Below the pieces are notes generated by a model. It made no database searches and was not told the origin of the DNA. It saw nothing but the letters and a program-made list of their open reading frames with translations. The translations under genes and the position numbers were made by a program. From assembly GCA_038087875.1 (NCBI GenBank), contig JAXLNO010000375.1:1-36132 (forward strand): a stretch of 36,132 nucleotides of DNA, read 5' to 3'. This stretch comes from Malacoraja senta (taxonomy: Eukaryota). Below, piece by piece: positions 35,311 through 36,132 of this stretch (positions are counted from its first letter, which is position 1; every line of letters starts with the position of its first letter).

Positions 35311-36132
35311 TCAAGAATCAAGAATCAAGAGAGTTTATTGTCATGTGTCCCTGATAGGACAATGAAATTCTTGCTTTGCTTCAGCACAACAGAACATAGT
35401 AGGCATTGACTGCAAAACAGATCAGTGTGTCCATATACCATTATCTACGTAAAAAGTACAAATAACAGATAATGGACTATTAGTGTTCAGAGTTTTGTCC
35501 GAGCCAAGTTTAAAAGCCTGATGGCTTTGGGGAAGTAGCTATTCCTGAACCTGGTCATTGCAGTCTTCAGGCTCCTGTACCTTCTACCTGAAGGTAGCGG
35601 GGAGATGAATGTGTGGCCAGGGTGGTGTGGTTCCTTGATGATGTTGCCAGCCTTTTTGAGGCAGCGACTGCGATAGATCGCCTCGATGCAAGGGAGGTCA
35701 GTGCCGATGATGGACTGGGCAGTGTTTACTACTTGTTGTAGTCTTTTCCTCTCCAGGGCGCTCAAGTTGCCGAACCAAGCCACGATGCAACCGGTCAGCA
35801 TTGCCTCTACTGTGCACCTGTAGAAGTTCGAGAGCGTCCTCCTTGACAAACTGACCATCCGTAATCTTCTCGGGAAATAGAGGCGCTGATGTGCTTACTT
35901 AATAATTGCATCAGTGTTCTCGGACCAGGAAAGATCTTCAGAGATGTTCACGCCAAAGAATTAGAAGCTCTTGACCCTTTCAACCATCGACCCAAACGGG
36001 ACTATGGGTCCCCATCATACTCCTTCCAAAGTCCACAATCAGTTCCTCGGTTTTGCTGGTGTTGAGGGTCAAGTTATTGTGCTGGCACCATATGGACAGT
36101 TGCTCGATCTCTCTTCTATACTCTGACTCATC
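35311..36132 (-). mobile_element. Rex1/Babar LINE 3' part, runs off the window
   Basis: LSNFYRCTVE.MLTGCIVAWFG...LPSGRRYRSL; (TTGATTC)n tail; retains the IVDFG region deleted from the left copy. Confidence 0.88.

Overview
This is eukaryotic, gene-free, almost wholly repetitive DNA. It is probably from a cartilaginous fish (skate/ray-like); that is inferred only from HER1-type CR1 tails and the Penelope tail sequence. 1-8.4 kb: a decayed Ty3/Gypsy LTR retrotransposon (PBS, gag, PR-RT-RH, PPT, 3' LTR). Its integrase core is replaced by foreign sequence, and a 3.5-kb Penelope-like element (RT + GIY-YIG, hammerhead-like motif, 9-10 bp TSD) sits in its integrase tail on the minus strand. 8.4-36.1 kb: a composite satellite of degenerate (TCGAAC)n, a conserved ~55-bp core and (TTCA)n, with 22 cores counted. 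The core looks like an amplified LINE (Rex1/Babar-like) 3' tail. The satellite flips orientation across 11.8-22.0 kb. That interval holds a TIR-bounded CpG-rich element and a dead L1-clade LINE whose internal 2.02-kb segment is present in four tandem copies. The satellite also hosts Rex1/Babar, L2/Crack-like and two CR1 insertions (one nearly intact). A ~1.9-kb composite block (9.6-11.6 kb) recurs inverted at 34.1-35.9 kb. No host gene, RNA gene or CRISPR array is supported. All calls are by eye, without alignment tools, and boundaries are approximate to a few bp.
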